DNA of 64,000 nt from the human T2T-CHM13v2.0 reference genome, Homo sapiens: the NCBI RefSeq assembly GCF_009914755.1, contig NC_060931.1. One strand, 5' to 3'. Numbering within the stretch: the first letter of the stretch is position 1; each line of letters begins with the position of its first letter. The translations under genes and the position numbers were made by a program. This document shows, in pieces, positions 32,216 to 48,600 of the stretch. The notes beneath the pieces were generated by a model. The model did not search any database and was not told the origin of the DNA. It worked only from the letters and a program-made list of their open reading frames with translations.

Positions 32216-32943
32216 AATTGTTTCTGAGAACTGGTGCTTCCCTCCCTCTTTTGCAGATCTCTGAATAATATTTTCTTTATTGGAGACTGTCTAGTTTCAT
32301 CCTGCCTGATGCCACAGGAGGCCTAGCATTAGAGGTATCATTTACCATACCTAGTGACTACGTGAAAATAATCTTGTTTTTCTATGGATAACTATTTTTC
32401 CCTGTCCCCAAAGATAGTTAAGTCTTTATTTTTCAAACAAACAGACAGCAGCAGCAAAAAGATCAATTAAAATAACTGAATGTGATTTTTTCATGGGTTA
32501 TAATCTTCTCCTCAGGATATCTGCCTCCCAATATTTTATTTTGGGTTATAATAAAATTAGTTTTTATTTTCTGAGCCCAGACTAATGGCAAGAGAGGTAG
32601 TCCCAAAGCAATTCCAAACATTCAAAACATGTCATAGATTGTAACCTCTAATGTTAACCAAGCACATCTATTATGTTCACTGCTGTTCCCCTAGTGCCAT
32701 CTTAAGTGCCTGCACGTGGAAGGTACGTAAGAAATATCCACTGGATAGTGAATGTACCAATCTTTAGTGATCTGCAATGAATGTTGTGCTGTACTATTAA
32801 TTCTATTGTATTAGAATAAATGGTTCCCAATAATTTTAGTATTGTTGCCCAAAGACAACTCCAATTACAACTTGTTAAATTTTTAAAAAGATGGTAGGTA
32901 TTTTAACTTTATACAATTATGTACTATTTGAATTCTTTTGTAA

Positions 32944-34274
<1,331 letters not shown>

Positions 34275-34590
34275 TCTTGGCATCCTTTTTAGAGTGCTCT
34301 TAGATTAACAAATGATTAAACACCTCTCTACAGCTCAGTATCTATTCAACATTAGTCATGTTGTAGACATAATTAAAATATATCTTCCAACAAGCATGAA
34401 TTTCCTTTTTTTTTTTGGTCTCTCCATTATGGGTATTTTGAAAGAAGACTTTCTCCTGCCAACTGTACCTTTTGAACTACCTGGGCTCTATTATAAGAAC
34501 AAAACTACAAGGATAGAAAGGCTAATTTTTTTCCTTTTCTGATCTACTGAAAAAAAGTCTCTCATAGGTCCCTCTTTGTGTTTGTCATCA

Positions 34591-34824
<234 letters not shown>

Positions 34825-35992
34825 TTAGAGTTCCTATTGAAAATGAGAAGAAAGTTAAACAGGTTAGGGTAAGAAATTCCAAGATTAGCTAATGAATAAG
34901 TTAGAAAATGCAAACACAGCAAGCCACTCATGGATCAGTGCAGTGTTGGCAGGATATGCCTTGGAGTGGAGAAGTATCCACAGTCCAAATGGCTATTTCC
35001 TTTCCATGCTTTACAGCTGCGATTTTTGCACTTCGTGTTTACATGCTATTACTTCCTTGCTGTATTGCCTCCTTTGCAACCAACTATTTTGTGATTCACC
35101 AGGTTATTTACTGACAGTCAGTTTACCTATTTGTAGGCTGGGGATGAAGAAGACAGGGAAACAAGTTATCCTAATCCAGCATCATTATACCTTCAGAAAA
35201 CACCCACCTAAGCAATCTGCAGCATTAATATGCTGACTGCTTGCCATCAAAAGGTGTAATCATGGCAGAGACATAATTATGTTGTCTTTACTATCAGTCC
35301 TTTGAACACTGTTCTCCTCAAGGGCTCCAGAAGGCTCTGAGAGCTGCTAATGAGTTATGAGGTCATTTGGCTTCTAGGTTACTGAACTGAATTTTGCCTA
35401 GAGACTGAGAGCCATTTGGGAAAAACAGACAGTAGCCCTATAAAAATAAATCCAATAGCTCAAAAGATCCATTTTCTTACTAAATAGAAGGCACGTATGA
35501 ATTGTAAGGTTACTTGCTGTATCCTCCATCTTATATATTCTGCTTTAATGCAAACTACCTAAGTTCTTATCAGCTGGAAACAGTAGCTTTTTCTTCAGAG
35601 ACATACAACACTGAAATGGGTATAAGAATGATATCCGTGATATGCACGAATTACAGCTAACAGACATAAAAAACTATACAGGGGATACATAAAAATCAAG
35701 AAAGCTGCTGGTGGAATAACTATCTCAACTCAGTTTAGACCAGACGTAGGGGTTATTGTTGGCAGAATATGCCAATTTATGAGAAATTTTAGTAGTGAGA
35801 TGAGAATCTTTGCTGACTCAGAGACTATCCTGGGAAACAGTTCAGCTGAGATGAAAAGGTGCTGATATTCAAGCAGGAAAAAGGCATAAACTTTGAAAAA
35901 CCAATGGGAGAAATGTACCAAAAACCCTCCTACATAAAAATGGTGCCAAGTGAATTTCAAAATAGTTCTTGTAAGAAAACAAACCGTGTTTA

Positions 35993-36384
<392 letters not shown>

Positions 36385-36454
36385 CAGAGGCTGATCTCAA
36401 ACCACTGTCAACCTCAAAACCATTCAGAACACCAACCAAGCAATTTTGGGTCAA

Positions 36455-36473
36455 TAGTGCCACCTGAAGGCTG
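36455..36473 (-). promoter_or_regulatory. Candidate CTCF core motif in MRPS33 intron 1
   Basis: Minus strand reads CAGCCTTCAGGTGGCACTA. Confidence 0.45.
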
Positions 36474-38739
36474 GCAACGGTAGAACTGTCAGATCCAACG
36501 TCCACCCCTCCCTCCCCACCATCTGCAGATCACCTACAAGCCTGTTCTTCCTTTTCCATTCAGCATTCTCAGTTTCCTGATTCACTTCTTTGCCAACTCT
36601 GGTTGGGGGTGGGGTTGTTAGGACTAGGGTTATAGTCTCAAGGTGAAAAAAATTCATTTAGCAGTTTAATGTATAAACAAATCAGTGCCATAAACCTCTA
36701 AAAAGCCTTGCAAATGTCCAGAGTCACCTAGTTTCTTTGCATGCTTTTTCTCTTCCTTTGCCCTTTAAAGTTACCTTTTTCCAAACATTAGATTAAAAAA
36801 CAATAGTTGCTTCATCAACTTTGCTTTGTTTGCTTAATTACCATTGTGGCATCAGAATATATTTCTGCTGTAATTGCACAGTATTTCCACAGTTAGTTAT
36901 CTGTAAGCTGGTATGGGAACTATCAGTTTGTTACAGTGTTTTCAGGAAAATCTGTTCTGAATTCCAAGTCCCTTTATTTGTCAATGAAGAGGCAACAGGG
37001 ATTCCTAAGGCCTAGGTTTGACTACTGGCTCTGTCACTTAATCCTTGGGTTATTGTGAACAGTTACTCATCTTCTCTGAGTCTCCTTTTCTGAAAACAAA
37101 GCTTGCATGACTAGTGCGAAAATGAGTAACAGTGGCACTGAGTAGTAAATGGTAACTTACAAAAAAGAACGAGCCCAGATCTGTAAGTTTGGTTTTCATA
37201 TATTCTACATAGACACATTTGTTTATTCCTTGTTCTTAATCATGTTTAAGAAAAAAAAAAAAAGAGAGAGAGACAGACAGATAGATACTCCATATAGTAA
37301 AAACTTTGTGCCTCCCTGGAATGATGACCTCATTTACAAAGACTGACAGCCAGAGAAACATAGGGAGAGGACCAGCACCTTGATAACTTGACAAGATAGC
37401 CAGGAGGAGGAAGGGACTCAGTAGGACAGTAGTCACTGAAGCCATCACAGGATGCTGCTGTTATGTCCATGCCCATTTTGGAATGTGGCAAATTACTGGG
37501 ATACATAACTTGTAAGTAAAAAGGTCACACTAGAATAGGCTGGAACATGGTTATATCATAAAATCCAAGTCCTAAAGTTTTATGACAGAGAAAGGGAATA
37601 AGCCTTTTCAAACCTGAATCCCTTACTAGAAACAAAGGCCCACTTGCTAAACAGGAGGAAACTGAAAGTGGTTTTAACAATTACCAATGACACTGCTTTG
37701 TTGTTTCCTTCCACAGTGCACAGACACATGTCTCTCACGAAGAATAACACGGGAGCTTTTCTTACAACGTGCATGTCAATTACATTTTGATTCACATGAA
37801 ACCATTCTCGGGGAGTACAAGTCACTTTAAGTGTTACCTTTCTTTAAATGTGAACTAAAGAAAACTGTACTCTCATGAAAAAAGTTAACTGGAGCTGAAA
37901 ATGCTAAGCAAAAACAAATTACTCAAATGTGCTGAGCAAAACAAATTAAGCCCACATGAGAAGAAAATTCCCATATTTTTACTTTGGCATAACAGGGCAA
38001 ACTTCTTTGATCTTTTTGATAGGTCTGATGCATTTAAAAGATTATTTCAATAAGTGGCTTTGTATTAGGTTTGCCTTTTCTCTTTGAAAGGTAAAGATGA
38101 AGTGCAAGAGTTCTTAACCGGGATGTGCTTCAGCGTTTTGAAAACAGTGGAAGTGTACATCTGTATGCCGATATGTGTATGTATGTGTGTGTGTAAATTG
38201 TTCTGGGAGAGAGCTTTCTCCAGTTTCCCAAAAACCATTGGTTAGCAGAACGCACCAGCTGCAGAATAAAAAAGCTGGTTGGAATCTCGCCTCTGCCTTT
38301 TAATGGCCACGTCGTTTTTGTAATGGTGCTTATTCTCTGCCAGGTTCTCTCATCGACTACACGAGGACAGTCATACTATCTGCGATGTGAAGCTAATATG
38401 CAAAATTCACGGCACAGTGCCCACCCTAATAACCATCAGGATCCAAGGAATTCACATACAGTGTACACACGTTGTCATAGAAACAATCTAAACATAAAAA
38501 CAATCTCAACAGAATGCTTAAAAACAAAAAAACCCGGTACCGATTATTTTACGGAGTCATAGAGGCATCAACGGCACTGAAAATGTATTAGCTGCATTCA
38601 GTTCATCAAGAACAATCTTCAACTCCCTCCACCTGAATCGATCATGCCTGACTGTGATGGAAACTGTAGTAGTGTCAAGTCAACCGATGTTTGACTCGGG
38701 AGCGCATTTCGCAAATATTTTTCTTAAATATCACCTTAC

Positions 38740-38900
38740 CGTATTTTTCTTAAGGTGGTTACAAAATTAATCTGCAGCCCACCACCCAAAGCTACAGTGC
38801 CGAAGGCCGTGTGATGAGCAGAGAAACTGAGCCTTCTACTGTTAACCAATATGGAAGAGAGTAATTGCGCCTGAGAGGAAATTACGGCAGCGGAAACGCG
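38740..38900 (-). other. MRPS33: Possible alternative non-coding first exon of MRPS33
   Basis: Donor ACG|GTAAGG at 38740/38739 at the edge of the CpG-rich region; 5' end is a guess. Confidence 0.35.
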
Positions 38901-39500
38901 GGTATTCTACGTTTAAGAAATCCCCCAACTGAGGCAGAAAAAGGCCAAGTTATTTGTGTGATGCACGTGAACCGCCCGAGCTGGTCACTAATGAAGTGGA
39001 TTCGCCCTATTCCTGGCGACTCTACAAGGTTGGAGACCCCCGTAGACTTCGCAGCCATCGCCCCTTGCTGCAGACCCCCAAAGTCACCGACAGCCTTACC
39101 TAGACCTGACCTTCCTCACCCACGCGCCCTCGTCCCGGAAGGCCCGCCCTCTACCCGGCTCCAAGCTCGCGCAGGCAACTATTACGGGGAGCAGTAGAGA
39201 AACGGAAGCTTGGCAGCTAGAGCGGAGCCCTAGTGAACGACCCGGAGTTACTGGCTCCCCCTCCTGAGGCCTCCGAGGTGTACCTGGCGCCTGCGCAGTA
39301 AGGCTAGCGCCGCCGCCTGTGCGGAGGACCCGGGGAGGTGGTGGGCTGGGGAGAGTTAGGAAGGTCTGGCTCTCCTGGAAGGGCATGCACGGTTCGGTAG
39401 TATGTTTTGGTGGCAATGGCTACAGACCTGCCTCCAAAAGCTCTGAAGCAATGGCGATGCGTGTGCCGTGTGGTCTTTCTGACCGACTTGCGGCGCCATC
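38860..39500. promoter_or_regulatory. CpG-rich MRPS33 promoter with NRF1 and ETS/GABP motifs
   Basis: Locally high GC/CpG. GCGCCTGCGCA (NRF1-type) at 39287-39297; CCGGAAG near 39135 and ACGGAAG near 39202. This combination is typical of nuclear-encoded mitochondrial genes. Confidence 0.8.
39100..39210 (-). other. MRPS33: Probable non-coding first exon of MRPS33 (candidate donors after 39120 and after 39100; TSS approximate)
   Basis: Minus-strand donors TGG|GTGAGG and TAG|GTAAGG inside the CpG-rich region. The coding exon has an acceptor upstream of its ATG, so an upstream exon is required. Confidence 0.6.
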
Positions 39501-40534
39501 CCCCTCCCCTTCCATCTATCTGCTCATCTTCTAATAGTTAATTAGGATCCCTAGCTGCAAGCCTTCCTTGCTACTGGGTTAGGAGCGCTTTCCCCCATTG
39601 ACCCAGGAGCTTCTTCAGGGAGTAGGGGATGGAACGTTTGTCTCCTCAGTAGTTATCTTAGACCTCGCTGGGCAGATAGTAGAAAACATTGTGAGTATTT
39701 CACCCCATACTAAATCTGTTTTCAAGCAAGCCACATCCCATAGGCATTGTATGCAGCACTTACTCAATGTTTGATAGTTTGGGTGAGGAAACTGTACTCG
39801 TTTTCTGAGTATCGTTCAAGGCATTTTATAAATATTTCAAAATGTACCCTGGAATTAATATCGGTAGTGAGTTGCCTACCTAGTGGGTATTGTATTTACA
39901 CCCTCTTTCCTCCTACAGAATTTACTTTTAAGTTAGAATTTGACGTCTAATCAATCTATGCTATAGGATTTGCTTTTATCAAGTTAAGTTTTGACATGTT
40001 ATCAGCCTTATATGATATAGTAAACAGCCTTATAAAGTTGGGTCTAGTGACTACATTTAAGTTTACAAAGGGGTAATGAGTATCCTATACATGGCTACAG
40101 TCCAGAAAAGAAGTCCTAAGGAGCGAAACTCCTGGGAGAAATTTCGTCTTGTCTTTTGTACTTGTTTCTGTGGAGTTGGCTTGTTTTTATGTAATGGCCA
40201 CTGAATCATATAAACAAGAAGACTTCCTTTACGTGTAAGCTGCTGGTTTAAAGCCAAATTTTAATTGGCTCGAGGCAAGAGCTATATATATGTGTGTATA
40301 TATATATATACACACACATATATATATTTTTTGCATAAACCTTGTTGGCTTCGTTTTGTATATCCTTCCTGTTTTTTCCTTTTCACGTATGAATTATTGG
40401 TGTTATCAATGTTTTGTGAATTACTATAAGCTACCATAAATCTTTCTTGAAACATAGCTAGGTATATAGAGTTTCAGGTGACTGTTTAGGTACTTTGCAC
40501 TATCACTTTTATTAAGTCAATTTCATGGGGGTTC

Positions 40535-41030
40535 ATATTAGTTTCCTGAGGCTGCTATAATAAAATACCACAAACTCGGTGTTGTAGAGCAACTGAAATT
40601 TATTATCTTACAGTTCTAGAGGCCATAAATTCAAAATCAGCATCACTGGGCCAAAATCAAGATGTTGACAGGGCTGTGTTCCCTCCAGAGACTCTAGGGG
40701 AGAATCAGTTCTTTGACTCTTCCAGCTTCTGGTGGCTGCTGGCATTCATTGGCTTGTGGCCACATCACTTTAGACTTCAAGGCCAACATCTTCACATCTC
40801 TGCTCCCTTTTCACATTGCCTTCACTATGTGTGTCAGACTTCCCATTGCCTCCCTTTTAGGAATGTGTAATTGCATTTAAGGCCCATGGAGCTAATCCAA
40901 AATACTCTCTCAATCTGAAGATCCTTAATTTAATCACATCTTCAAAGGCCTTTTCCCCGTATCTGGTAACATTTGCAGGTCCCAGGGATTAGACTCTGTT
41001 ATCTTTGGGGAACAGTTTTAGCCTACCACA
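40535..41030 (-). mobile_element. MLT1 (MaLR) solo LTR, MLT1C-like
   Basis: tattagtttcctgaggctgctataataaaataccacaaact...tttagcctaccaca. Confidence 0.8.
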
Positions 41031-41280
41031 GGATTAGAAGGAGTAAGCCATTGAAATTGGCCAATCAGAGACTGTTACTTATCAATAGGAAAGTTGGAAT
41101 ATTAGGGATGGAAAAATGAAATGAATAGAATAAAATTGAACCTCCTATGGATATTGACTTCACCAGACCTTGGCTTACCCATTTACACCGCCAAGATAAT
41201 GCAGTTTTAAGAGCACTTTTTATAATCAGAGATTGCTCTATAAATCAGATATTTCCTTATATATTTCTATTTTCTGTAGT

Positions 41281-41503
41281 CCTGTGTTTTCCAATTGTGT
41301 GCTGTGAATCATTAGTTGGCTGTGAAATCAATTTAGTGAATAGAGACCAGCATTAAAAGAAAGACATTAGGATAAAAAATATCTAAATGCATCACATGTA
41401 GTAGGGGTAATTATTGTTTCATGAAACAATATGTATATGTGCATTGGATCATAATATAAATATATTTCTTGCTGTAGGTTGTGGTAAAATGGAAAGCCTC
41501 CAC
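41281..41503. mobile_element. MER58-like hAT MITE
   Basis: gtgaaatcaatttagtg...gaccagcatt...gcatcacatgtagtagggg. Confidence 0.6.
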
Positions 41504-42247
41504 TTTAAGTGATTTCATTATTCATCATACTCTTTGGCAAATGTTCTTTGTCATTAGGCAGGGCAAGAATTAAAGCTACATCAACTTAAAGTTCTTATGG
41601 TGTGGCATAGTCCAAGGGGCAGGGGAATATTTATTGCTTTAAGTAAATCAATTTACAGATACCGTATTTTCATAAGTATTCTTTCTTAGCATCATGTAGG
41701 TTCTTTTTTACATCTGCATTTACAGTAGTTCTTGGACCTTACAAAAGAAAGGTATATCCATCACTGAAGGTGTGAGGGATATACCTTCCAGGATGACAGA
41801 TGAAAGGAAGATTCAAAATGTTTTGGAGGAAGCTTCCTCTAATGATCAATCAAGGCACCATCAACCCTTCTTAGGCTTCATGTCTTTTCCTATCTTACAT
41901 ATATTCCACTTAAGGGTGAAGTACGGCTGTCAGAAATATGGTAATTGGTTTGTTGTGATTTTCTGAAATCAGATATACTGTGTGAATGTTAGTGGTAAGA
42001 GTGACAGTAATTTTCCTTTAACCATCAGATGTCTTCCATCCTCTGTTGAAAAGTGCAGTGTTTTTGAAGGAGAATCTGGTAAGAGCAGAGCAAAGCAGCA
42101 CTGAAGAAAGTATCGAAGCCAATTTTTTTCCCCGTATATTTAAACCTAAGCAATTCTTTTCAGCTATTCTCAGTACTTCTCCATAGGATATAGCATTATC
42201 TGGAAAGAAAAGCAACTCTGAACAGCTGAAGTAGTAGAGCTTTGTGA

Positions 42248-42556
<309 letters not shown>

Positions 42557-42719
42557 GTGACACTGATCATTATAAATATCATACAGATCATTTTCAGGTA
42601 CCTTCATATTTTTCACATTGCACTGGAATAAACTGTGCAAAAGTCATACATAATTTTATTTTAGATTTGGTGTGTGTTGTTCAATGAATGTGAAAATGTA
42701 TTGTGATAATCACTGATAC

Positions 42720-43103
42720 AGTTCACCAAATCTTTTCCATTTCCTTCCACTTTGGCTAGATTGTATTTCATGGGAATTCTGAGATTGGTTAGGATCATGG
42801 TTAGGACTTTTTCTGGCCAATGAGTTATGAGCAGATGTGAAGCGTCACCTTCCGATTAAGGTGGTTATTTACCCTGATGAAACTCCAGAGCTCTCCTTCC
42901 CTTCTGAGACAGAGAGTTGTTGCACTGTCAGCCTGTGCTCCTGAGTTGTTATGAAGGGCTGATCCTATTCCACCAGCCATAATGGAAATATAGCTTTTGT
43001 TAGAAATGAGCCGTTGTTGTTTTAATTCACATGCCTCTGTTTTAAGTCATACAAATTTGTTGTTTGTTATTGGAGCATGACCTAGCCTATCTTGTCTGAT
43101 ACA
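42720..43103 (+). mobile_element. Old MLT1 (I/J-like) solo LTR
   Basis: ttctggccaatgagttatgagcagatgtga..., end gcatgacctagcctatcttgtctgataca. Confidence 0.65.
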
Positions 43104-43867
43104 CTTATTTTTATCAAATTCTATTATGAAATAGAGAAATACTTCAATCCTGACTTTCTTTCTGCCTCTTATTAACAAAAATAAAATTATGCTTTAGCTT
43201 CTAGGCTGATTACTTTTTAAATAGCATATTCTTTTATTCTTCATTAAATATATAGGAAACATTTTGATTATGATTTCCAAAAAATTGTTTAGAGCTATTC
43301 TAGAATATTTATATATTATTCTTCTTCAGTTATTCCTAAAAGCTGAAAGCCAAAGTTCAATATACACACAGACATACTGAAGGAATATTGTCTGTTATAC
43401 TCTAATTCATAAATAACATTCATCTCACACATTATGTTTTATTATTAGGAAATAAGTAATGAGAAAAACCATATAGATTTATTCTTGGTTTTATGGCTTA
43501 TTATAAAAATGGATAAACCAATTCTAATAGTTTTGATATCATTTTAATCTTGGCTGCTTTTAATAATTGAGATTATGAGATGTATTTGATAATTTCCTAG
43601 TTTAAAAAAACTAAGAATACATATTCTAATACATTTAGTTAAAAATGAGGTTGGAAAGTAAATCTGACCTAGATGATTGGTTTGACAATGAGGATTAACT
43701 TTACTAATTAGATTATGTGGCTGATGGGTGTTTTCTATAAATTGAATAAGCCATATCTACAGCTCCAAGGTTTGGCAAAAATGTATAAAGTGCATGATGA
43801 TATAAATCATTTTATAAAAGATATTTTGTATCAAAATTAACAATATATCCATTTTACTAACCCCTTG

Positions 43868-44075
43868 ATGGGCTCAAAGATCCTCCCACCTCAGCCTCTG
43901 GAATAGGTGAGACTACAGGTATGAGCCACCATGCCTGACTACTGTTTAAAGTTTTTGTAGAGACTGGGTCTTGCTATGTTGCCTAGACTTGACTCGAACT
44001 CCTGGACTCAGGTGATCCTTCTCCGCTTGGCCTCCCAAAGTGTTGGGATTACAGGTGTAAGCCACTGTTCCTGGA
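43868..44075 (-). mobile_element. Partial AluJ
   Basis: Tail-less Alu body. Confidence 0.75.
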
Positions 44076-44344
44076 TAAAACAAGGTGATTCTAAATGAAA
44101 ACAGAACAAATATAGATTTTGCAAATCTTGGTGTTGCCTTTTTGGTATGTTTCCCAAACATTGTGAAAGCGAATGACTGTATAATACATGCTCTTAAAAG
44201 TCAGGTTGAAAGTAATTCTTTGTTTTCAGAAAAAGAAGAAGGGACTAGGTAAGTTTTTAGCTGACAGATAATTAAATAATTTTTGTGATAGATTTCTATG
44301 TACCTTTGTCATATAACTCAGAGAGAGTTCAAATAATTGGGTGA

Positions 44345-44688
44345 TATTGTCATACGCTAAAACATGGATGAACCTTGAGGACATTATGCTAAGTGAAATA
44401 AGCCAGTCACTAAAAGACAAATATTGCATGGTTCCACTTATATGAGGCATGTAAAGTGGTCAAATTCTTAGAAATGGAAAGTAGAATGGTGGTTGCCAGG
44501 GGGTGGAGGGAGGGAGGAAGGGGAGTTGTTCCATGGATACACAGTTGCAGTTTTGCAAGATTAAAATTTTCTAGAGACCTATTGTTCAACAATGTGCATA
44601 TAGTCAACACTACTGTACTATACACTTAAAGATGGTTAAGATGGTAAATTTTATGTTCTGTGTTTTTTTTACCATGGTTTAAAAAAAT
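44345..44688 (+). mobile_element. L1MB-type 3' end inserted in the Charlie fossil
   Basis: acatggatgaaccttgaggacattatgctaagtgaaataagccag...cacttaaagatggttaagatggtaaatttt. Confidence 0.8.
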
Positions 44689-45167
44689 TGTGTGATACTG
44701 CTATAACACAGGTTTTCCCATTTCCATCCACTTATGTGAACACATTTTCTCAATGCTTACATCCATTTAAGTGAAGATAGTAATAGGATTGATGCTGTCC
44801 CCTCCAAGCAATTAAAAATTCATATTTGACTATATTAACTACATGGGGAAAACTTCATCTATCAAGGGATATGTTAAGAAGTTTTTTGTTTATAAGTGTT
44901 CATCAAAATTCATGATATATTTAAGTCATTTTGATCATTTGTGTACAAAAAGTTGTAATGATAACCCAAAGGGAAAAATATTTTCAACACATACTTTTAG
45001 TCATAGAAGTTAAAAAAGTTAAAATTCAATTGACAAATATTTTGTTGCAGGAAAATATGACACATGGTCAGTAAAAGCTTTCAAGCATAAAAACATATTA
45101 AGATAAAGTAACATTTTGTGAGAGGAGTAGAATATAACTTCAAGGAGAAAAAGCAATGATGTAAACT

Positions 45168-45620
<453 letters not shown>

Positions 45621-48600
45621 TACGTGGATAAATTTTTTAGTGGTGATTTCTGAGATTTTGGTGCAACTATCACTCGAGCGGTGTACACTGTACTCAGTGT
45701 GTAGTCTTTTATCCCTCACCCCCACTCCTGCCCTTCCCCCTGAGTTTCCAGAGTCGTAATATCATTCTTATGCCTTTGTGTCCTCATAGTTTAGCTTCCA
45801 CTTATAAGTGAGAACATATAATGTTTGGCTTTTCTTCCTGAGTTACTTCACTTAGGATAATAGTCTCCAACTCCATCCAGGTTGCTGTGAATGCCATTGT
45901 TTTGTTCCTTTTTATGGCTGTGTAGTATTCTATGATATATATATCACATTTTCTTTACCTGCTCGTTGATCGATGGGCATTTAGGCAGGTTCCATATTTT
46001 TGCAATTGCAAATTGTGCTGCTATACACATGCGTATGCAAGTATCTTTTTCATGTAATGAATTATTTTCCTCTGGGTAAATACCCAGTGGAAATTTTGTT
46101 TGCTTTGTTGAAGATCAGTTGGCTGTTAAGTGTTTGGCTTTATTTCTGGGTTCTCTATTCTGTTTCATTGGTCCATGTGCCTCTTTTTATACCAGTACCA
46201 TGCTGTTTTGGGAATTATAGCCTTGTATTAATAGTATAGTTTGAAGCTGGGTAATGTGATGCCTCCAGATTTGTTCTTTTTGCTTAGTCCTGCTTCAGCT
46301 ATGTGGGCTGTTTTTTGTTCCATATGAATTTTAGGATTTTTTTTCTAGTTCTGTGAACAATGATTGTGGTATTTTGATGAGAAGTGCATTCAATCTGTAG
46401 ATTGCTTTTGGCAGTATGATCATTTTCACAATATTGATTCTATCCATCCATGAGCATGGGATGTATTTCCATTTGTTTGTGTTGTCTGTGATTTCTTTCA
46501 GCAGTGTTTTGTAGTTTTCCTTGTAGAGATCTTTCACCTCCTTGGTTAGTTGTATTCCTAAATATTTTATTTTATTTTAATTTATTTTATTTTTTGCAGC
46601 TGTTGTAAAACAGCTCTTGAGTTCTTGATTTGATTCTCAACTTGGTTGCTGTTGGTGTATAGCAGTGCTACTTATTTGTGTACATTGATTTTGTATCCTG
46701 AAACTTTACTGAATTCATTAATCAGATCTAGGAGCTTTTTGGATGAGTCTTTAGGGTTTTCTAGATATATGATCATATCATCAGTGAACAGCAACACTTT
46801 GACTTCCTCTTTACTGATTTGGATGGCCTTTATTTCTTTCTCTTGTCGGATTGCTCTGGCTAGGACCCAGTACTATGTTGAATAAAAGTGGTGAGAGTGG
46901 ACATCCTTGTCCTGTGCCAGTTCTTAGGGGGAATACTTTCAACTTTTCCCCATTCTGTATAATGTTAGCTGTGGGTTTGTCATAGATGGCTTTTATTACC
47001 TTAATATATGTTCCTTCTGTGCCAGTTTTGCTGAGGGTTTTAATCATAAGGGGATGCTGGATTTTGTCAAATGCTTTTTCTGCATCTATTGAGATGATCA
47101 CATGATTTTTATTTTTAATTCTGTTTATGTGGTATATCAAATTTATTGACTTGCATATGTTAAACCAACCCTGCATCCCTGATATGAAACCCACTTGATC
47201 ATTGTGTATTATCTTTTTGATATGCTGTTGGATTCAGTAGCAAGTATTTTGTTGAAGATTTTTGCATCTATATTCATCAGGGATATTGATCTGTAGTTTT
47301 CTTTTTCTTTCTTTCTTTTATTTTTTGGTAAGTCCTTTCCTGGTTTTGGCATTAGGGTAACACTGGCTTCATAGAATGATTTAGGGAGGATCCTCTCTTT
47401 CTCTATCTTTTGGAATGGTTTCAGTAGGATTGGTACCAATTTTTCTTTGAATGTCTGATAGAATTTAGTTATGAACCCATCTGGTCCTGGACCCTTTTTT
47501 TGTTGGCAATTTTAAAATTACTGTTTCAACCTCATTACTTGGTTTTGGTCTGTTTAGAGTTTCTATTTCTTCCTGATTTAATCTACAAAGGTTGTATTGA
47601 TTTTGTCTTTTCAAAGAACCAGCTTTTTGTTTCTTTTATCTTTTGTGTATGTGTGTTTTTTTGTTTCAGTTTCATTTAGTTCTGCTCTGATCTTTGTTAT
47701 TCATTTTCTTCTACTGGGTTTGGGCTTGGTTTGTTCTTGTTTCTCTAATTCTTTGAGATGTGAGCTTAGATTGTCAGTTTGTGCTCTTTCAGACTTTTTG
47801 ATGTAGGCATTTAATACTCTGAACTTTCCTCTTAGCACCGTTTTGCTGTATCCCAGACATTTTGATAGGTTGTATCACTATTATCATTCAGTTCAAAGAA
47901 TTTTTTAATTTCCATCTTGATTTCATTGTTGACCCAAAGATCATTCAAAAGCAGATTATTTAATTTCCATGTATTTGTTTTGTTTTGAGGGTTCCTTTTA
48001 GAGTTAATTTCCAATTTTATTGCACTGTGATCTGAGAGAGTACTTGATATGATTTCAGTTTTCTTAAATTATTGAGACTTGTTTTGTGGCCTATCTTATG
48101 GTCTATCTTGGAGATTGTTCCTTGTGCTGATGAAAGTAATGTATATTCTGCAGTTGGGTAGAATGTTCTGTAAATATCTGTTAAGTGCATTTGTTCTAGG
48201 GTATAGTTTAAGTCCATTGTTTCTTTGTTAACTTTCTGTCTTGACTTGTTTAGTGCTGCCAGTGGAGTACTGAAGTCTTCCACTGCTATTGTATTGCCAG
48301 CTATCTCATTTCTTAGGTCTAGTAGTGATTGTTTTATAAATTTAGAAGCTCCAGTTTTAGGTGCATATATATTAAGGATTGTGATATTTTCCTGTTGGAC
48401 TAATCCTTTTATTTTTATATAATAATCCCTCTTTGTCTTTTTAAACAGTTGTTGCTTTATAATCTGTTTTGTCTGATATAAGAAAAGCTAATCCTGCTCC
48501 CTTTTGGTTTCCATTTGCAAGGAGTATTTTTTTCTATGCTTTAACCTTAAGTTTATGTGAGTCCTTATGTGTTGGGTGAGTCTCTTGAAGACAGCAGATA

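Larger units (their letters stand above)
43300..45166 (+). mobile_element. Decayed hAT-Charlie DNA transposon with transposase remnants
   Basis: From 43681: FDNED*LY*LDYVAD..FYKLNKPYLQLQG. From 44691: AITQVFPFPSTY/CEHIFSML (hAT dimerisation-domain-like PFPSTYLCE motif). Confidence 0.65.

Noticed and set aside
38865-39534. ORFs across the promoter
   Set aside because: Expected in stop-poor GC-rich DNA; no homology recognised.
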